From positions 1-56,341 of the forward strand of contig JBKBMR010000001.1 in NCBI GenBank assembly GCA_046295755.1: a stretch of DNA of 56,341 bases, read 5' to 3'. The first letter of the stretch is position 1. Each line of letters opens with the position of its first letter. The translations under genes were made by a program, and so were the position numbers. A model generated the notes under the pieces. It had not been told where the DNA came from. It ran no database searches and was given only the letters and a program-made list of their open reading frames with translations. The DNA comes from Methylohalobius sp. (GTDB taxonomy: Bacteria > Pseudomonadota > Gammaproteobacteria > Methylococcales > Methylothermaceae). Shown piece after piece: positions 38,184 to 49,608 of the stretch.

Positions 38184-40880
38184 TTAATAATGCGCTTCGT
38201 CCCAGTTCGCCCCAACCCCGACTTCCACCACCAGCGGAACGCTCAAGCTCGCTGCTTCTTGCATATGCGCTCGGATCTGCAAGATCGCCTGCTCCAAGCA
38301 GTCCTCCGCCACTTCGAACACCAGCTCGTCGTGAACCTGCATGATCATCTTCACCTTGCAGCCAGAGTCGAGAATCCAGCGATCTACCGCGATCATCGCC
38401 CGTTTGATGATGTCGGCAGCGCTCCCCTGCATGGGCGCGTTGATCGCAGTGCGCTCAGCATATTGGCGGCGCTTCGGATCTTTCGACTTAAGTTCCGGCA
38501 AATAGAGCCGACGCCCAAACAGGGTTTCCACGTAACCTAAGGCGTAAGCCGATCGCTTGGTTTCCTCCATATAATCGCGCACCCCAGGGTAGCGCTCAAA
38601 ATAGCGCTCGATGTAGACCTGGGCATCCTCCCGCTCTATCCCCAATTGTTTGGCCAAGCCAAAGGCAGACATGCCATAAATCAAGCCGAAGTTAATCGCC
38701 TTGGCGGCGCGGCGCTGCTGGGGCGTGACTTGTTCCGGGGCAACGCTGAAGACTTCGGCGGCGGTGGCGCGGTGAATGTCGATCTCTTCAGCAAAAGCGC
38801 GTAGGAGATTTGGATCCCCGGACAAGTGGGCCATGATCCTAAGCTCGATCTGGGAATAATCAGCGGCCACCAGTTTAAACCCAGAAGGAGCCACGAAGGC
38901 GCGCCGGATCCGGCGGCCCTCCTCGCTGCGGATGGGAATGTTCTGGAGATTGGGATCCGAAGAGGACAGCCTGCCGGTGGCGGTGACCGCCTGATGATAA
39001 GAGGTATGCACTCGGCCGGTGCGCGGATGGATTTGCTGCGGCAAGCGGTCGGCATAGGTTGATTTGAGCTTGCTCAAAGCCCGGTGTTCTAGAATCAGGC
39101 GCGGCAGTTCGTAGTCTGCGGCCAACTGCTGGAGGACCTCCTCGGAGGTGGAAGGCTGGCCTTTGGGAGTTTTCTTCAATACCGGAAGATTCAGCCTCTC
39201 GAATAGGATATGATGAATTTGCTTGGGCGAGGCCAAGTTGAAAGCTTCCCCGGCGATACAGTAGGCTTGTTCTTCGATGAGAGCGCAGCGCCTGGCTAAC
39301 TCGGCGCTCAGCTGGGTGAGCTCTTCTTTATCCACCTGCACTCCGTTGCGTTCCATCCGCACCAGCACCGGCACCAGAGGCATCTCGATCTCTTGATAGA
39401 CCCGTTTGAGCTTGGGTTCCGCCTTAAGCTTAGGCCACAATACCCGATGCAGGCGCAGTGTGACGTCAGCGTCCTCGGCCGCATAGGGCACCGCTTGATC
39501 GAGGCTTACCCTAGAAAACGGAATTTGCTTGGCGCCTTTGCCCGCCACCTCCTCGTAACGGGTAGTCTTGATCCCGAGATAGGTCAGCGCCAGAGAGTCC
39601 AGATCGTGGCGGGTGGCCGTGCTGTTTAAGACATAAGACTGAAGCATGGTATCGTGGGCGATCCCTTTGAGTTCGATGCCGTAGTTGGCAAGCACGTGGG
39701 CGTCGTACTTAAGGTTTTGACCCAGCTTGGCAATGCTTTCCGAAGTCAGCAGCGGACGCAACTCCTCGAGCAAGTCGTGTAAATCCAGCTGCGCCGGCGC
39801 GCCCAAGTAGTCGTGACCTACCGGCACATAAGCGGCTTTGCCCGGCTCCACGGCAAACGATACTCCGACCAAGCGCGCATCCAGATAATTCAGATCCGTG
39901 GTTTCGGTATCAAAAGCCACCAGCGGCGCCTGCCGTAACGCTTCCAGCCACTGGTTAAGACTGGCCTGCGTGAGCACCGCCTGGTAACAAGAACCTAAGC
40001 CTTGAGATTGGCTACGGGTGGTCGGCAGGTCAAGCTGGCGCAACCAGGAAGTAAACTCGAACCGCTTGAGCAACGCCGTCAACTTGGCGTTGTCAGGCGG
40101 CCGCCGCTTGAGGTCCTCAGGCGTGATGGTCAATGCCACATCGCTGTGAAGCGTGGCCAGCTGGCGCGCAATGGCCAGCTCATCCAAATGGGCGCGCAGG
40201 TTTTCTCCCGCTTTGCCTGGTATCTCATCCGCGTGGGCTACTATCCCATCCAGGGAGCCGTATTGACGCAGCCACTTGGCAGCGGTCTTGGGTCCAACTC
40301 CGGGAACCCCGGGAATATTGTCGGAAGGATCGCCTACCAGCGCCAGGTAATCGACGATCTTGTCTGGCGGCACGCCGAACTTCTCCCGCACTTCGGCGGC
40401 ATCCAGGCGGGTTTCGGACATCGTGTTGTCTAGGATCAGGCGATCGTCCACCAATTGGGCCAAGTCCTTATCGCTGGTGGCTACCACTACATGGAAACCC
40501 AAGGCTTTAGCCTTAGCAGCCAGCGTGGCGATGACGTCGTCAGCCTCCACTCCTTCCTTCACGATGAGCGGAATACCCATCGCCTCGATCAATTCCTGCA
40601 AGGGTGCTATCTGGACTGTCAGTTCCTCGGGCACTGGCGGACGCTTGGCCTTGTAAGCTTCGAATAAAGCTTCACGGAAGGTCTTGCCCGGAGCGTCGAA
40701 CACCACTGCAAAATAAGGCGTGTCGTAAGTATGGAGTAGCTTGCGCAGCATATTGGCTACCCCGTAGATCGCCCCGGTGGGATCACCCTTGGAATTGCTC
40801 AAAGGCGGCAGGGCGTGATAGGCTCGAAACAAGAACGAGGTGCCATCCACCAGCACCAGAAGCTTGTGATCTTGGGTCAT
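38184..40880 (-). CDS. polA: DNA polymerase I
   Basis: 5'-3' exonuclease (EADDVI), 3'-5' exonuclease (FDTET), DYSQIELR, KAINFGLIYG, QVHDELV. Confidence 0.99.
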   Translation of the reverse strand: MTQDHKLLVLVDGTSFLFRAYHALPPLSNSKGDPTGAIYGVANMLRKLLHTYDTPYFAVVFDAPGKTFREALFEAYKAKRPPVPEELTVQIAPLQELIEAMGIPLIVKEGVEADDVIATLAAKAKALGFHVVVATSDKDLAQLVDDRLILDNTMSETRLDAAEVREKFGVPPDKIVDYLALVGDPSDNIPGVPGVGPKTAAKWLRQYGSLDGIVAHADEIPGKAGENLRAHLDELAIARQLATLHSDVALTITPEDLKRRPPDNAKLTALLKRFEFTSWLRQLDLPTTRSQSQGLGSCYQAVLTQASLNQWLEALRQAPLVAFDTETTDLNYLDARLVGVSFAVEPGKAAYVPVGHDYLGAPAQLDLHDLLEELRPLLTSESIAKLGQNLKYDAHVLANYGIELKGIAHDTMLQSYVLNSTATRHDLDSLALTYLGIKTTRYEEVAGKGAKQIPFSRVSLDQAVPYAAEDADVTLRLHRVLWPKLKAEPKLKRVYQEIEMPLVPVLVRMERNGVQVDKEELTQLSAELARRCALIEEQAYCIAGEAFNLASPKQIHHILFERLNLPVLKKTPKGQPSTSEEVLQQLAADYELPRLILEHRALSKLKSTYADRLPQQIHPRTGRVHTSYHQAVTATGRLSSSDPNLQNIPIRSEEGRRIRRAFVAPSGFKLVAADYSQIELRIMAHLSGDPNLLRAFAEEIDIHRATAAEVFSVAPEQVTPQQRRAAKAINFGLIYGMSAFGLAKQLGIEREDAQVYIERYFERYPGVRDYMEETKRSAYALGYVETLFGRRLYLPELKSKDPKRRQYAERTAINAPMQGSAADIIKRAMIAVDRWILDSGCKVKMIMQVHDELVFEVAEDCLEQAILQIRAHMQEAASLSVPLVVEVGVGANWDEAHY

Positions 40881-40936
40881 AGAGTGGTATTACTTAAACT
40901 GGCTGCAATCTATATCATTGACGCTCGCATTGCCAG

Positions 40937-42100
40937 ATGGTGAACGCAAAATCTACCGGGCCAGCACCCTACCACTACGTCGATACTCCAGCAGATCTCG
41001 AACGCCTATGCCAGGCATTGGCGACCAGCCCCTGGCTAGCCATCGACACCGAATTCTTGCGCGAATCCACCTATTATCCCAAGTTCTGTTTGCTTCAGAT
41101 CGCCGGGGAGGATGCGCTTGCCTGTGTCGATCCATTGAGACTTTCTGACTTAACTCCCTTGTGGCGACTCATCTACCGGCCCGATAAGCTAAAGGTCTTG
41201 CACGCCGGTCGTCAGGATCTAGAGATCTTCTATCATCTCCACAAGAAGCTGCCTGGACCGGTGTTTGACACGCAATTGGCCGCCCCGCTCCTGGGCTATC
41301 CCGAGCAAATCGGCTATGCCCATTTGGTGATGGAGGTCTTAAAAGTACCCTTGGAAAAAGGCCATAGCTGCACCAACTGGCATCAGCGTCCGCTAGACCC
41401 AAAGCAGATTCGCTACGCCATCGACGATGTGCGCTACTTAGGTCCTTTGTTTCTTAAGCTGCGCGATCGTCTCGAACGAAAGGGGCGGTTGGCGTGGCTG
41501 GAACAGGAGTTCAGCACCCTCATCGACCCTACCACTTACACCAATCCACCCGAAGAGGCTTGGCGTCGAATCAAAGGGGCATCTAGCCTGACTGGCCGCC
41601 AACTGCTGACCTTAAAGCGCCTGGCGGCGTGGCGCGAAGAGACCGCGATGGCGTCCAATCAGCCCAGGAGATGGGTGTTGAAGGACGATCTTCTCTGCCA
41701 GATCGCAAAGCTGAGGCCGCAAACTCCCGAGGCGCTGGCGCGACTGCGCGGAATCGACAACCGGTTTCTCCATCGTTACGGGGCAGCCATCTGCCAACTT
41801 GTCGCCCAAACTCATGCCGACAACGCCGAAGCGACCCTAGCGCGGCCGGCGGCGCGTACCGCCGAACGGGAGATTCTGCTCGAGCTGCTCAGCGCTGTGG
41901 TCCGGCTACAGGCGGCAAAGCACGGCTTAAACCCTATGGCGCTGGCCTCGCGCAAGGACCTGGAACAATTCCTGGCGTGTCCTGAGGACTCTAACCTCTG
42001 CCACGGCTGGCGCCGGGAGCTGATCGGCGAGGAGTTGATGGCCTTTTTGGCTGGCGAAAAGCGCTTGCAAATCGAAGACGGTCGGCCGTGTCTGAGATAA
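40937..42100 (+). CDS. rnd: Ribonuclease D
   Basis: AIDTEFLRESTYYP, HAGRQDLE, FDTQLAA, YAIDDV, HRDC region, GWRRE. Confidence 0.94.
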   Translation: MVNAKSTGPAPYHYVDTPADLERLCQALATSPWLAIDTEFLRESTYYPKFCLLQIAGEDALACVDPLRLSDLTPLWRLIYRPDKLKVLHAGRQDLEIFYHLHKKLPGPVFDTQLAAPLLGYPEQIGYAHLVMEVLKVPLEKGHSCTNWHQRPLDPKQIRYAIDDVRYLGPLFLKLRDRLERKGRLAWLEQEFSTLIDPTTYTNPPEEAWRRIKGASSLTGRQLLTLKRLAAWREETAMASNQPRRWVLKDDLLCQIAKLRPQTPEALARLRGIDNRFLHRYGAAICQLVAQTHADNAEATLARPAARTAEREILLELLSAVVRLQAAKHGLNPMALASRKDLEQFLACPEDSNLCHGWRRELIGEELMAFLAGEKRLQIEDGRPCLR

Positions 42101-43641
42101 ATCTGCCTCCTTTGATCCGATCCCTGCTCGACCCTTCGGTCTACGACCACCCCACCGAATCCATTTGTTACCGCGAAACCCACATCTCCTGGATCATCCT
42201 CACTGGTCCTTATGCTTACAAGATCAAAAAACCAGTGAATTTCGGTTTTCTCGACTTCTCCACCTTAGACAAGCGGCATTTTTATTGTCAAGAAGAACTG
42301 CGCCTCAACCGTCGCCTAGCCCCCCAGCTCTACCTGGCGGTAGTGGCAATCACTGGCAAGCCAAGGTCTCCCCGCATCGATGGTTTAGGCCCAGCCCTGG
42401 AATACGCCGTCAAGATGCGTCAATTCCGGGAACAGGACCTGCTTGCAGAACGCGCCACCCGCGGTGAATTAACCGAAGCGATCTTTCAATCCCTGGCAGA
42501 ACGGATCGCCTGCTTTCACCAATCCGCCGCCCGCGTGGGAGCAGAAGACCCTTACGGCGACCCAGACCTGATCCAGGAAGCCGCAAGGCAAAATTTTGCC
42601 CAGATCGCCCGGACTGACCGGGCCATCCTGGCAGAACTAAAAGCCTGGACCGAGGCCGAATTCGATCAGCTGCGCCCGAATATGGCTGAGCGCAAGCACC
42701 AAGGCTTCATCCGCGAATGCCACGGCGACCTGCACTTGGGCAACATCGTCTTATGGCAAGGGCAGCCGCTGCCGTTCGACTGCATCGAATTCAACCCGGC
42801 GTTGCGCTGGATCGACGTCATCAGCGAAATCGCATTTACGGTAATGGACCTTTGCGCGCGTGGATGCAAACCGCTGGGATTTGGTTTCCTCAACGACTAT
42901 CTGAGCCTGACCGGCGATTATGCCGGCGTGCGCCTGCTCCGCTATTACCTGGTCTATCGGGCCATGGTGCGGGCCAAGATCGCCCACCTTAGCGGACAAC
43001 AGCACCCGGACGAGATAGCTTACCAGAGGGATTTCGAGCATTATCTGGAACTGGCTCGAGCTTTCAGTCAGACAAAGCGAGCCGCCCTCTGTATCACGCA
43101 TGGCTTTTCCGGCAGCGGCAAATCCCACGCATCACGCCAACTGGCCGCCCATCTAGGAGCGCTGTACCTGCGTTCAGACATGGAGCGCAAGCGCCTTGTG
43201 GGGCTTGAAGCCACTGCCGATTCTAAATCCCAGCTCGGCAGTGGAATTTATACCCCGGATTTCACCCGTCGCACTTATCAAAAGTTATGGGACGACGCCC
43301 GCACAATCTTAAGCGCCGGTTATCCGGTGATCGTGGACGCTACCTTCTTAAAGCGCGCCTATCGAGACAGGTTCAAAGAACTGGCCGCAAGCTTAAAGCT
43401 TCCTTTCATGATCCTGGATTTTCAGGCAACGGAAGAAGTTCTCCGCCAGCGCATCCTAAAACGCCTCCAGGAACGGCACGATCCATCAGAAGCCGACTTA
43501 ACCGTCTTGGAGTACCAGCTTCGCCATCACGATCCGTTGGACCCATCCGAGCAAGCCGCCGCACTTAGGTTCGATACCGCTCAAGCAGGCAGCGTAGAAA
43601 ACCTGCTGCCAGCATTGCAAGCCCGGCTAAGATTTGAATGA
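42088..43641 (+). CDS. Aminoglycoside-phosphotransferase-like / P-loop kinase fusion protein
   Basis: ETHISW, ECHGDLHLGNI, FDCIEFN, then GFSGSGKS, RSDMERK, VDATFL, SEAD. Confidence 0.85.
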   Translation: MSEINLPPLIRSLLDPSVYDHPTESICYRETHISWIILTGPYAYKIKKPVNFGFLDFSTLDKRHFYCQEELRLNRRLAPQLYLAVVAITGKPRSPRIDGLGPALEYAVKMRQFREQDLLAERATRGELTEAIFQSLAERIACFHQSAARVGAEDPYGDPDLIQEAARQNFAQIARTDRAILAELKAWTEAEFDQLRPNMAERKHQGFIRECHGDLHLGNIVLWQGQPLPFDCIEFNPALRWIDVISEIAFTVMDLCARGCKPLGFGFLNDYLSLTGDYAGVRLLRYYLVYRAMVRAKIAHLSGQQHPDEIAYQRDFEHYLELARAFSQTKRAALCITHGFSGSGKSHASRQLAAHLGALYLRSDMERKRLVGLEATADSKSQLGSGIYTPDFTRRTYQKLWDDARTILSAGYPVIVDATFLKRAYRDRFKELAASLKLPFMILDFQATEEVLRQRILKRLQERHDPSEADLTVLEYQLRHHDPLDPSEQAAALRFDTAQAGSVENLLPALQARLRFE

Positions 43642-44988
43642 ATTTGGATCGAGCCGGTGGCGATTCAGCAACCGGTAGAATTCGGTCCGATTGCGCTTGG
43701 CCAGCTCCGCCGCACGAGCCACATTACCCTTGGTGATCTGCAGCAAGCGAATGAGGTACTCGCGCTCAAAGTTGCGTTTAGCCTCGCGCAATGGAGGTAA
43801 GGCACCACTGCTGATATCCCCACTAAGGGACTTTTGCACCAAGCTCAAGGAGATCAGGGGCGTATTGGAGAGTGCGACGCATTGTTCTACGACGTTCTGC
43901 AACTGGCGTACGTTCCCGGGCCAGTCGTAGCGCACCAAGCATTCTAAGGCTTCGGGGGAAAATCCCTTGACCAGGTTCCCGTAAGGTTCAGCCAGTTGTT
44001 TGACGAAGTGAGCAGCGAGCAGCGGAATGTCCTCTGGCCGCTCGCGCAGCGGCGGCACCTTAAGCGTCACCACGTTAAGCCGGTAATAGAGATCCCCGCG
44101 GAAATCCCCGGTAGCCACGGCTTGCTCCAGATCCACGTGACTGGCAGAGATAATCCTGACATCCACCGACACAGCTTCAGTGCTTCCCACCGGCCGCACA
44201 CTCATCTCTTGAATCGCTCGCAGCAGCTTGACCTGGAAGGATTTAGGCATATCGCCGATCTCATCCAAAAACAGAGTCCCTCCGTCGGCGGCTCGGAATA
44301 AGCCTTCGTGGTCTCGAATTGCGCCGGTGAAAGCCCCCTTTTTGTGGCCGAACAGTTCCGATTCGAACAAATGCTCAGGGATGGCGCTGCAGTTGACGGC
44401 AATGAAAGGCTGATCGCGCCGCGGCCCTGCTTGATGGATAGCCCTAGCCAAGAGCTCCTTACCCGTACCGCTTTCGCCGTGAATATATACGCTCGCCCGG
44501 CCCTGCGCCAATCGCGCTACCTGGTTGAGCAGATCTTCCATCAGCTGGCTTTGGGTGATGATCCCGCTGCGCCAAGCCTCCCCCGACTCTTCGCCCCCAA
44601 GCACTTCCGCACCGAGGCAAATCTCCATCGCCTGGGTGACCTGACGCACCAGTTCTTTGTTGTCCACCGGCTTGGTCAAAAACCCAAATATCCCCCGCTT
44701 AGTGGCATCCACGGCATCGCTAATGGTACCGTGAGCGGTGAGAATGATAATCGGCAAAGTAGGACAACGCGCGTGAATGGCATCGAACAACGCTATACCA
44801 TCCATGTCGTCCATCATCAAGTCGGTCACCACTACATGGGGACGAAACAACCTCAGCTGTGCCAATGCCTCCTCACCGCTGGTCACCGGCTTGACCGCAA
44901 ATCCGGCCGCGCTCAAGCGCATAACCAACAGACGCAGGAAGCTCTCCTCGTCGTCAACCACCAGTATCCGCTTGCGTGAGTCCTGCAT
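43627..44988 (-). CDS. glrR: Sigma54-dependent response regulator (GlrR/QseF-like)
   Basis: Receiver domain, GESGTGKE, GAFTGA, C-terminal RNRTEFYRLL typical of GlrR. Confidence 0.85.
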   Translation of the reverse strand: MQDSRKRILVVDDEESFLRLLVMRLSAAGFAVKPVTSGEEALAQLRLFRPHVVVTDLMMDDMDGIALFDAIHARCPTLPIIILTAHGTISDAVDATKRGIFGFLTKPVDNKELVRQVTQAMEICLGAEVLGGEESGEAWRSGIITQSQLMEDLLNQVARLAQGRASVYIHGESGTGKELLARAIHQAGPRRDQPFIAVNCSAIPEHLFESELFGHKKGAFTGAIRDHEGLFRAADGGTLFLDEIGDMPKSFQVKLLRAIQEMSVRPVGSTEAVSVDVRIISASHVDLEQAVATGDFRGDLYYRLNVVTLKVPPLRERPEDIPLLAAHFVKQLAEPYGNLVKGFSPEALECLVRYDWPGNVRQLQNVVEQCVALSNTPLISLSLVQKSLSGDISSGALPPLREAKRNFEREYLIRLLQITKGNVARAAELAKRNRTEFYRLLNRHRLDPNSFKS

Positions 44989-44992
44989 CGGT

Positions 44993-45604
44993 CTAAGGTG
45001 CCCCCATAGGATTCAAGCTCTGTTCAATCGCCTTTAAGGCTTCCAATTTCGCTCGTGTGTCTTTAAGCGCCTCATTGCAGGCTTGCAGGCGCTGATTTAA
45101 GTTTTGATTGGCCTGTTTCCATTGTCGTTCCAACTTCCGGGTCAATTCCTCGTGGTACCGTTCTACGCCCTGTCGGTGTTGGGCCAACGCTGCATGATAC
45201 GCCAGCAAGGCGCGTGTCCGTAAGTCTTGGATCTGGGTCAATCCCGTTTCGAGCAACTTAATCGCCTGCTGCGATTCGTTGCTACCACAATCAGGGGCCA
45301 GCAGCAGGGCAAACGCCAGATGAAGCTGTACTCCCACCCCCGGAGCGACTGCATTGAAACGCTGTAACCACTCACATTCGGCCTGACGTTGGAAAGGCTG
45401 CAATTCGGCGAGATAACCCAAATAGCTCTCCAACTCAGGAAGACTATAATGCGTGTAATTCGGCTCTTGAGCTAGCGAATACTCGGGTACTTGCCGAGGG
45501 GGCGGAGGTTTAGGCGGCTGACCGACGCATCCTGCCAAAAAGGACAGGCTCAAACCCAGCAATCCGGCGCGTGCAGAGAGGCGTTTATTCAACCCGAACT
45601 CCAT
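44993..45604 (-). CDS. Lipoprotein, QseG/YfhG-like
   Basis: Lipobox LAGC, coiled coil ending KLEALKAIEQSL; between glrK and glrR. Confidence 0.7.
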   Translation of the reverse strand: MEFGLNKRLSARAGLLGLSLSFLAGCVGQPPKPPPPRQVPEYSLAQEPNYTHYSLPELESYLGYLAELQPFQRQAECEWLQRFNAVAPGVGVQLHLAFALLLAPDCGSNESQQAIKLLETGLTQIQDLRTRALLAYHAALAQHRQGVERYHEELTRKLERQWKQANQNLNQRLQACNEALKDTRAKLEALKAIEQSLNPMGAP

Positions 45605-47033
45605 CCAGCGGAATGATGACTCGGAAATAGGCCCCCCGGCCTTGTGGAGGATCCAGAATTTCTACCTGCCCATGATGAATGACGACACACTCGTTGACGA
45701 TCGCAAGCCCCAAACCAGTCCCCTCTATCCCTAATTTCCGCCCAATGGAGCCTTGATAGAGCGCGTCAAACACCCGCTTCCGCTCCTCGGGAGGAATCCC
45801 CGGACCTTGGTCTTGGACTTCAAAATACATCATGCCCTTCTTCTGAAATAGTGCCACAGTGATCTCGCTACCGCGTGGCGAGTATTTGACCGCATTGGAC
45901 AACAGGTTATCGATCATTGGCCGCAACAACTCCGGGAATCCATAGAATTCCACAGCCGCCAATCGACTCTGGAGGCGAATTTCTTTGGCGCGCAGACGAA
46001 CGCGATAATCTTCGATAACTTCCTCAACTAAAAGCTTCATATCAATCGCTTGGGGGCGCATCGCTTCATCCATCCGCTGTAGCTGACTATAGCGGATCAA
46101 ATCTTCGATCATCCGGTAAAGCCGAGTGGTGTTGTCGAAAACGATTCGGACGATCTCAGCCTGTTCTGGGGTCAACTTTCCGACCACTTGATCGGCCAAC
46201 AATTCAACTCCTTCGTGAATATTGGCCAGGGGAGTTTTCAATTCGTGAGAAATATTGCGCATAAAGCGCTGCTTCTCTGCCTCGAGCATGGAAAGCCTGA
46301 TCCGCAGCCACTCCAGACGCCTGCCGAGCGCCTCTAGGTCACGCGGCCCCTGCACCTTGATCGGCTGATCGAGGCCTTTGTCCCCCAGCTTACGAATGGC
46401 TGCATCTAACTGGCGAATGGGGCGGGTGATCAAAACTACGAAAAATACCAGTAACAGCAGCGCAATAGGCATCATGACCATCAAGTGCTGCAGCGTCTGT
46501 TGCTGGCCTTGCTTGGAACGTTGCTCAAGCGCTTCAAGATTTTTCGCCACTATCAGATTGCTGAGCTGCCATATCTGATTGGCCAACTGACGTAAAACCG
46601 GAAATTGATCCGCCTCGCCTGTTTTGATCTGCATAGCGATCCGCGGGTCCATAAAAATCATATACAAATCAAACTCGTAGCCTTCCAACTTGGCTATGAG
46701 ACGGAGTAGATCTGCCTCCTTTATCACACTCCGTAGCCCCTCGAGTTCAGCGGTAAAGGTTTTCCGCATATCTCGGTAATACTCAAACAATGCCGGATCG
46801 GCGAGAATGAGATATTGCCTGGCGCTGCGTTCCATCGCGATCAGATGTTCCAACAACATACGGCTGCTGTGGGTCATTCGAACCGATCGATAAACCACCG
46901 TCTGACTGTAACTGGTCAGCTTTTCCAAAGAGTACAGCGCCGATCCAAGAGCCAGGAGCAGGGGCAAAAGCACCAGGCTGAAACCCACTAACAACAGGGT
47001 AACCAGCGAAGGGAAACGAAAAGGTCTCACCAT
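45585..47033 (-). CDS. glrK: Sensor histidine kinase (GlrK/QseE-like)
   Basis: Two TM helices, HAMP (GPRDL...LEWLR), SHELKTPL, NAVKYSP, GTGLGLAI. Confidence 0.83.
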   Translation of the reverse strand: MVRPFRFPSLVTLLLVGFSLVLLPLLLALGSALYSLEKLTSYSQTVVYRSVRMTHSSRMLLEHLIAMERSARQYLILADPALFEYYRDMRKTFTAELEGLRSVIKEADLLRLIAKLEGYEFDLYMIFMDPRIAMQIKTGEADQFPVLRQLANQIWQLSNLIVAKNLEALEQRSKQGQQQTLQHLMVMMPIALLLLVFFVVLITRPIRQLDAAIRKLGDKGLDQPIKVQGPRDLEALGRRLEWLRIRLSMLEAEKQRFMRNISHELKTPLANIHEGVELLADQVVGKLTPEQAEIVRIVFDNTTRLYRMIEDLIRYSQLQRMDEAMRPQAIDMKLLVEEVIEDYRVRLRAKEIRLQSRLAAVEFYGFPELLRPMIDNLLSNAVKYSPRGSEITVALFQKKGMMYFEVQDQGPGIPPEERKRVFDALYQGSIGRKLGIEGTGLGLAIVNECVVIHHGQVEILDPPQGRGAYFRVIIPLDGVRVE

Positions 47034-48013
47034 GCCAGCCGGAGGGGAAATGGCAGGACATCGGAAATGGCCGAAACCCCTTCAGCGAGCATCAGAACCC
47101 GGTCCACTCCTAAGGCTACGCCTGAACAGTCCGGCAGCCCTGCCTCCAGCGCAGCCAAAAACGCCTCATCTACAGGCGGGAGCGGCAGTCCGGCGCGGCG
47201 GCGCCAGGCCAAGTCCGCATCGAAACGAGCACGCAGCTCGAGCGGATCGTTCAGTTCGTGGTATCCGTTGGCAAGTTCCACTCCGTCGACGAACACCTCG
47301 AATCGCTCCGCCACCTCAGGATCATCCGGCCTGAGCCGGGCCAAAGCCGCCAGCGGGGCCGGAAAGTCGCAGACGAAGACCACCGCTTCCTTGGGAAGCC
47401 TGGGTTGAACTGCATGGGAAAACAAGAAATCGAGCCACAGGCTGCGCTCCTGCCCACATACTGCAGAAGCTTCTGGCCACCCCAAAGATTCGGCCTGCCG
47501 CTTGAGATCGGATAATGACGCCTGCCAGGAGACGCCGATGTGTTCTTGGAACAATTCCCCGTAGCTAAAGCTCATTCGCCTTAAGACGCGGCTGCCCAAC
47601 AATTCTTGCAAAAGCTGAGCGACCTCGTCCATCAGCTGGGACAAATTGAAGCCGAGCCGGTACCATTCCAGCAAGGTAAATTCCGGATTGTGCAGGCGTC
47701 CTGCTTCTCCACGCCGGAACGCTTTGCATATCTGGTAGATCGAGCCGGAACCTGCGACCAGCAGGCGCTTCATGGCAAATTCCGGGGAGGTTTGAAGATA
47801 CAGCGCGCAACCTCCGCCATCCACTGGGAAATAGTCCAAATGAGGATCAGTTCCAGCCGTCGGCCAGAGCAGAGGAGTCTCTACTTCCAGCACCCCGGCG
47901 CGGCGGAAAAAGGCGCGGATCTTTTCCAACATTGCCGCCCGCCGGTGCAGCATCTGCAAACTGCACGCGGGTTGCCAGGCAGGTCTATTTACCGATCCGA
48001 GAGACGTATTCAC
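47027..48013 (-). CDS. epmA: EF-P beta-lysine ligase (GenX/PoxA); start approximate
   Basis: WQP N-terminus, [42 protein letters not shown]. Confidence 0.94.
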   Translation of the reverse strand: MNTSLGSVNRPAWQPACSLQMLHRRAAMLEKIRAFFRRAGVLEVETPLLWPTAGTDPHLDYFPVDGGGCALYLQTSPEFAMKRLLVAGSGSIYQICKAFRRGEAGRLHNPEFTLLEWYRLGFNLSQLMDEVAQLLQELLGSRVLRRMSFSYGELFQEHIGVSWQASLSDLKRQAESLGWPEASAVCGQERSLWLDFLFSHAVQPRLPKEAVVFVCDFPAPLAALARLRPDDPEVAERFEVFVDGVELANGYHELNDPLELRARFDADLAWRRRAGLPLPPVDEAFLAALEAGLPDCSGVALGVDRVLMLAEGVSAISDVLPFPLRLAW

Positions 48014-48554
48014 CGGTGCGCGTGTCTATCTTGAGGACCTCACCCACCTGGATGAACAACGGCACCCGCACCACCGCTCCGGTTTCGAGTTTTGCCGGCT
48101 TGCTGCCGCCAGCAGAAGTATCCCCGCGGACCCCAGGATCGGTCTCGACCACCGTAAGCTCAACGAAATTGGGCGGCGTCACTGCAATGGGGTCACCGTT
48201 CCACAAAGTGACCGTACACAAGCTCTGCTCCTTCAACCACTGCTTGGCATCGCCCACGACTTGGGCGTCTGCGGCAACCTGCTCGAAGGTGTTTGGGTCC
48301 ATGAAGTACCAAAACTCACCGTCGTTATATAGGTACTGCATTTCGGTATCTACGACATCGGCGCCCTCAAGACTTTCGCCGGACTTGAAGGTCCGCTCTA
48401 GGACTCGACCGGTTTTCAGATTCCGGAATTTGACCCGGTTGAACGCTTGCCCCTTGCCAGGCTTGACGAACTCGTTCTCTAAAATCACGCATGGGTCTCC
48501 GTCCAAAAGCACTTTCAACCCCGCTTTGAATTCGTTGGTACTATAGGTCGCCAT
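47985..48554 (-). CDS. efp: Elongation factor P
   Basis: [25 protein letters not shown]; start ATG 48554. Confidence 0.97.
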   Translation of the reverse strand: MATYSTNEFKAGLKVLLDGDPCVILENEFVKPGKGQAFNRVKFRNLKTGRVLERTFKSGESLEGADVVDTEMQYLYNDGEFWYFMDPNTFEQVAADAQVVGDAKQWLKEQSLCTVTLWNGDPIAVTPPNFVELTVVETDPGVRGDTSAGGSKPAKLETGAVVRVPLFIQVGEVLKIDTRTGEYVSRIGK

Positions 48555-48584
48555 GTCGAATAAGTCCTTTGCAAAGTTTAATCG

Positions 48585-49583
48585 GTGACGATCATTATAC
48601 CCCAACCCTCCACCCCGACTGCCTGGCAGCAAGAACTGGCACAAGGGTTTCGCTCGCCACGGGACCTCCTCGCATTTCTTGGCCTGCCCGAGGATCTCTG
48701 GAGTCCGGATGCGGAGGCAACTTTTCCTTTCCGAGTACCGCGCGGGTTCGCAGCGCGGATGCGCCCGGGCGATCCCAACGACCCTTTGCTGCTTCAGGTA
48801 TTGCCAAAGGCCAGCGAAACCCTTTGGGTTCCTGGCTTCGTCAGCGATCCGGTCGGCGACACGCAGGCCAGGAAAACCCCAGGAGTGCTGCACAAATACC
48901 ATGGCCGAGCCTTGCTCATCGCCACGGGCGCCTGTGCGATCCATTGCCGTTACTGTTTTCGGCGCGAGTATCCTTACCTCAACGATCAACTCAACCCAAG
49001 CCGCCTACAGGCAGCTTTGAACTACCTGCGCCGCGATCCCTCGATCAAAGAAGTGATCTTAAGCGGCGGCGATCCCCTGATGCTGGCAGACGCGCGCCTT
49101 AGAACCCTGATCCAGGCCCTAGCCGAGATTGGCCACATCCACAGGCTGCGCATCCACAGCCGTCTTCCCATCGTTCTACCCTCTCGAATCACGGCGGAAT
49201 TGGTGCAAATCCTGACCGCCACTCGCCTGCAGTGCGTGATGGTGGTCCACGCCAATCACGCCAACGAGATCGACAACGAGGTTTCAGAAGCAGTCCACCG
49301 GCTTCGCAGGCACGCCATTCCCGTGCTGAACCAAAGCACCTTGCTCAAAAACGTAAACGATGAGGTGGAGACTTTAGTCGCTTTGCAGGAAACCGCCTTT
49401 GCAGCCGGCATCCTGCCTTATTACCTGCATTTGCTCGACCGCACCCGGGGAACAGCCCATTTCGAAATCCCCGAAGCCAAAGCCAAGCTGCTTTACGAAC
49501 AGCTGCGCCGCAGGCTGCCTGGCTACTTAGTGCCCCGCTTGGCGCGCGAGCAAGCCGGAGCACCGTACAAGATATGGCTTTAA
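48585..49583 (+). CDS. epmB: EF-P beta-lysylation lysine 2,3-aminomutase (radical SAM)
   Basis: [29 protein letters not shown]; divergent from efp. Confidence 0.94.
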   Translation: MTIIIPQPSTPTAWQQELAQGFRSPRDLLAFLGLPEDLWSPDAEATFPFRVPRGFAARMRPGDPNDPLLLQVLPKASETLWVPGFVSDPVGDTQARKTPGVLHKYHGRALLIATGACAIHCRYCFRREYPYLNDQLNPSRLQAALNYLRRDPSIKEVILSGGDPLMLADARLRTLIQALAEIGHIHRLRIHSRLPIVLPSRITAELVQILTATRLQCVMVVHANHANEIDNEVSEAVHRLRRHAIPVLNQSTLLKNVNDEVETLVALQETAFAAGILPYYLHLLDRTRGTAHFEIPEAKAKLLYEQLRRRLPGYLVPRLAREQAGAPYKIWL

Positions 49584-49608
49584 ATACAGTTTGGCAGGCT
49601 CAAATCAC

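Noticed and set aside
48555-48989. 145-aa N-terminal extension of the efp ORF
   Set aside because: Antisense to epmB; EF-P starts at MATYS (48554)
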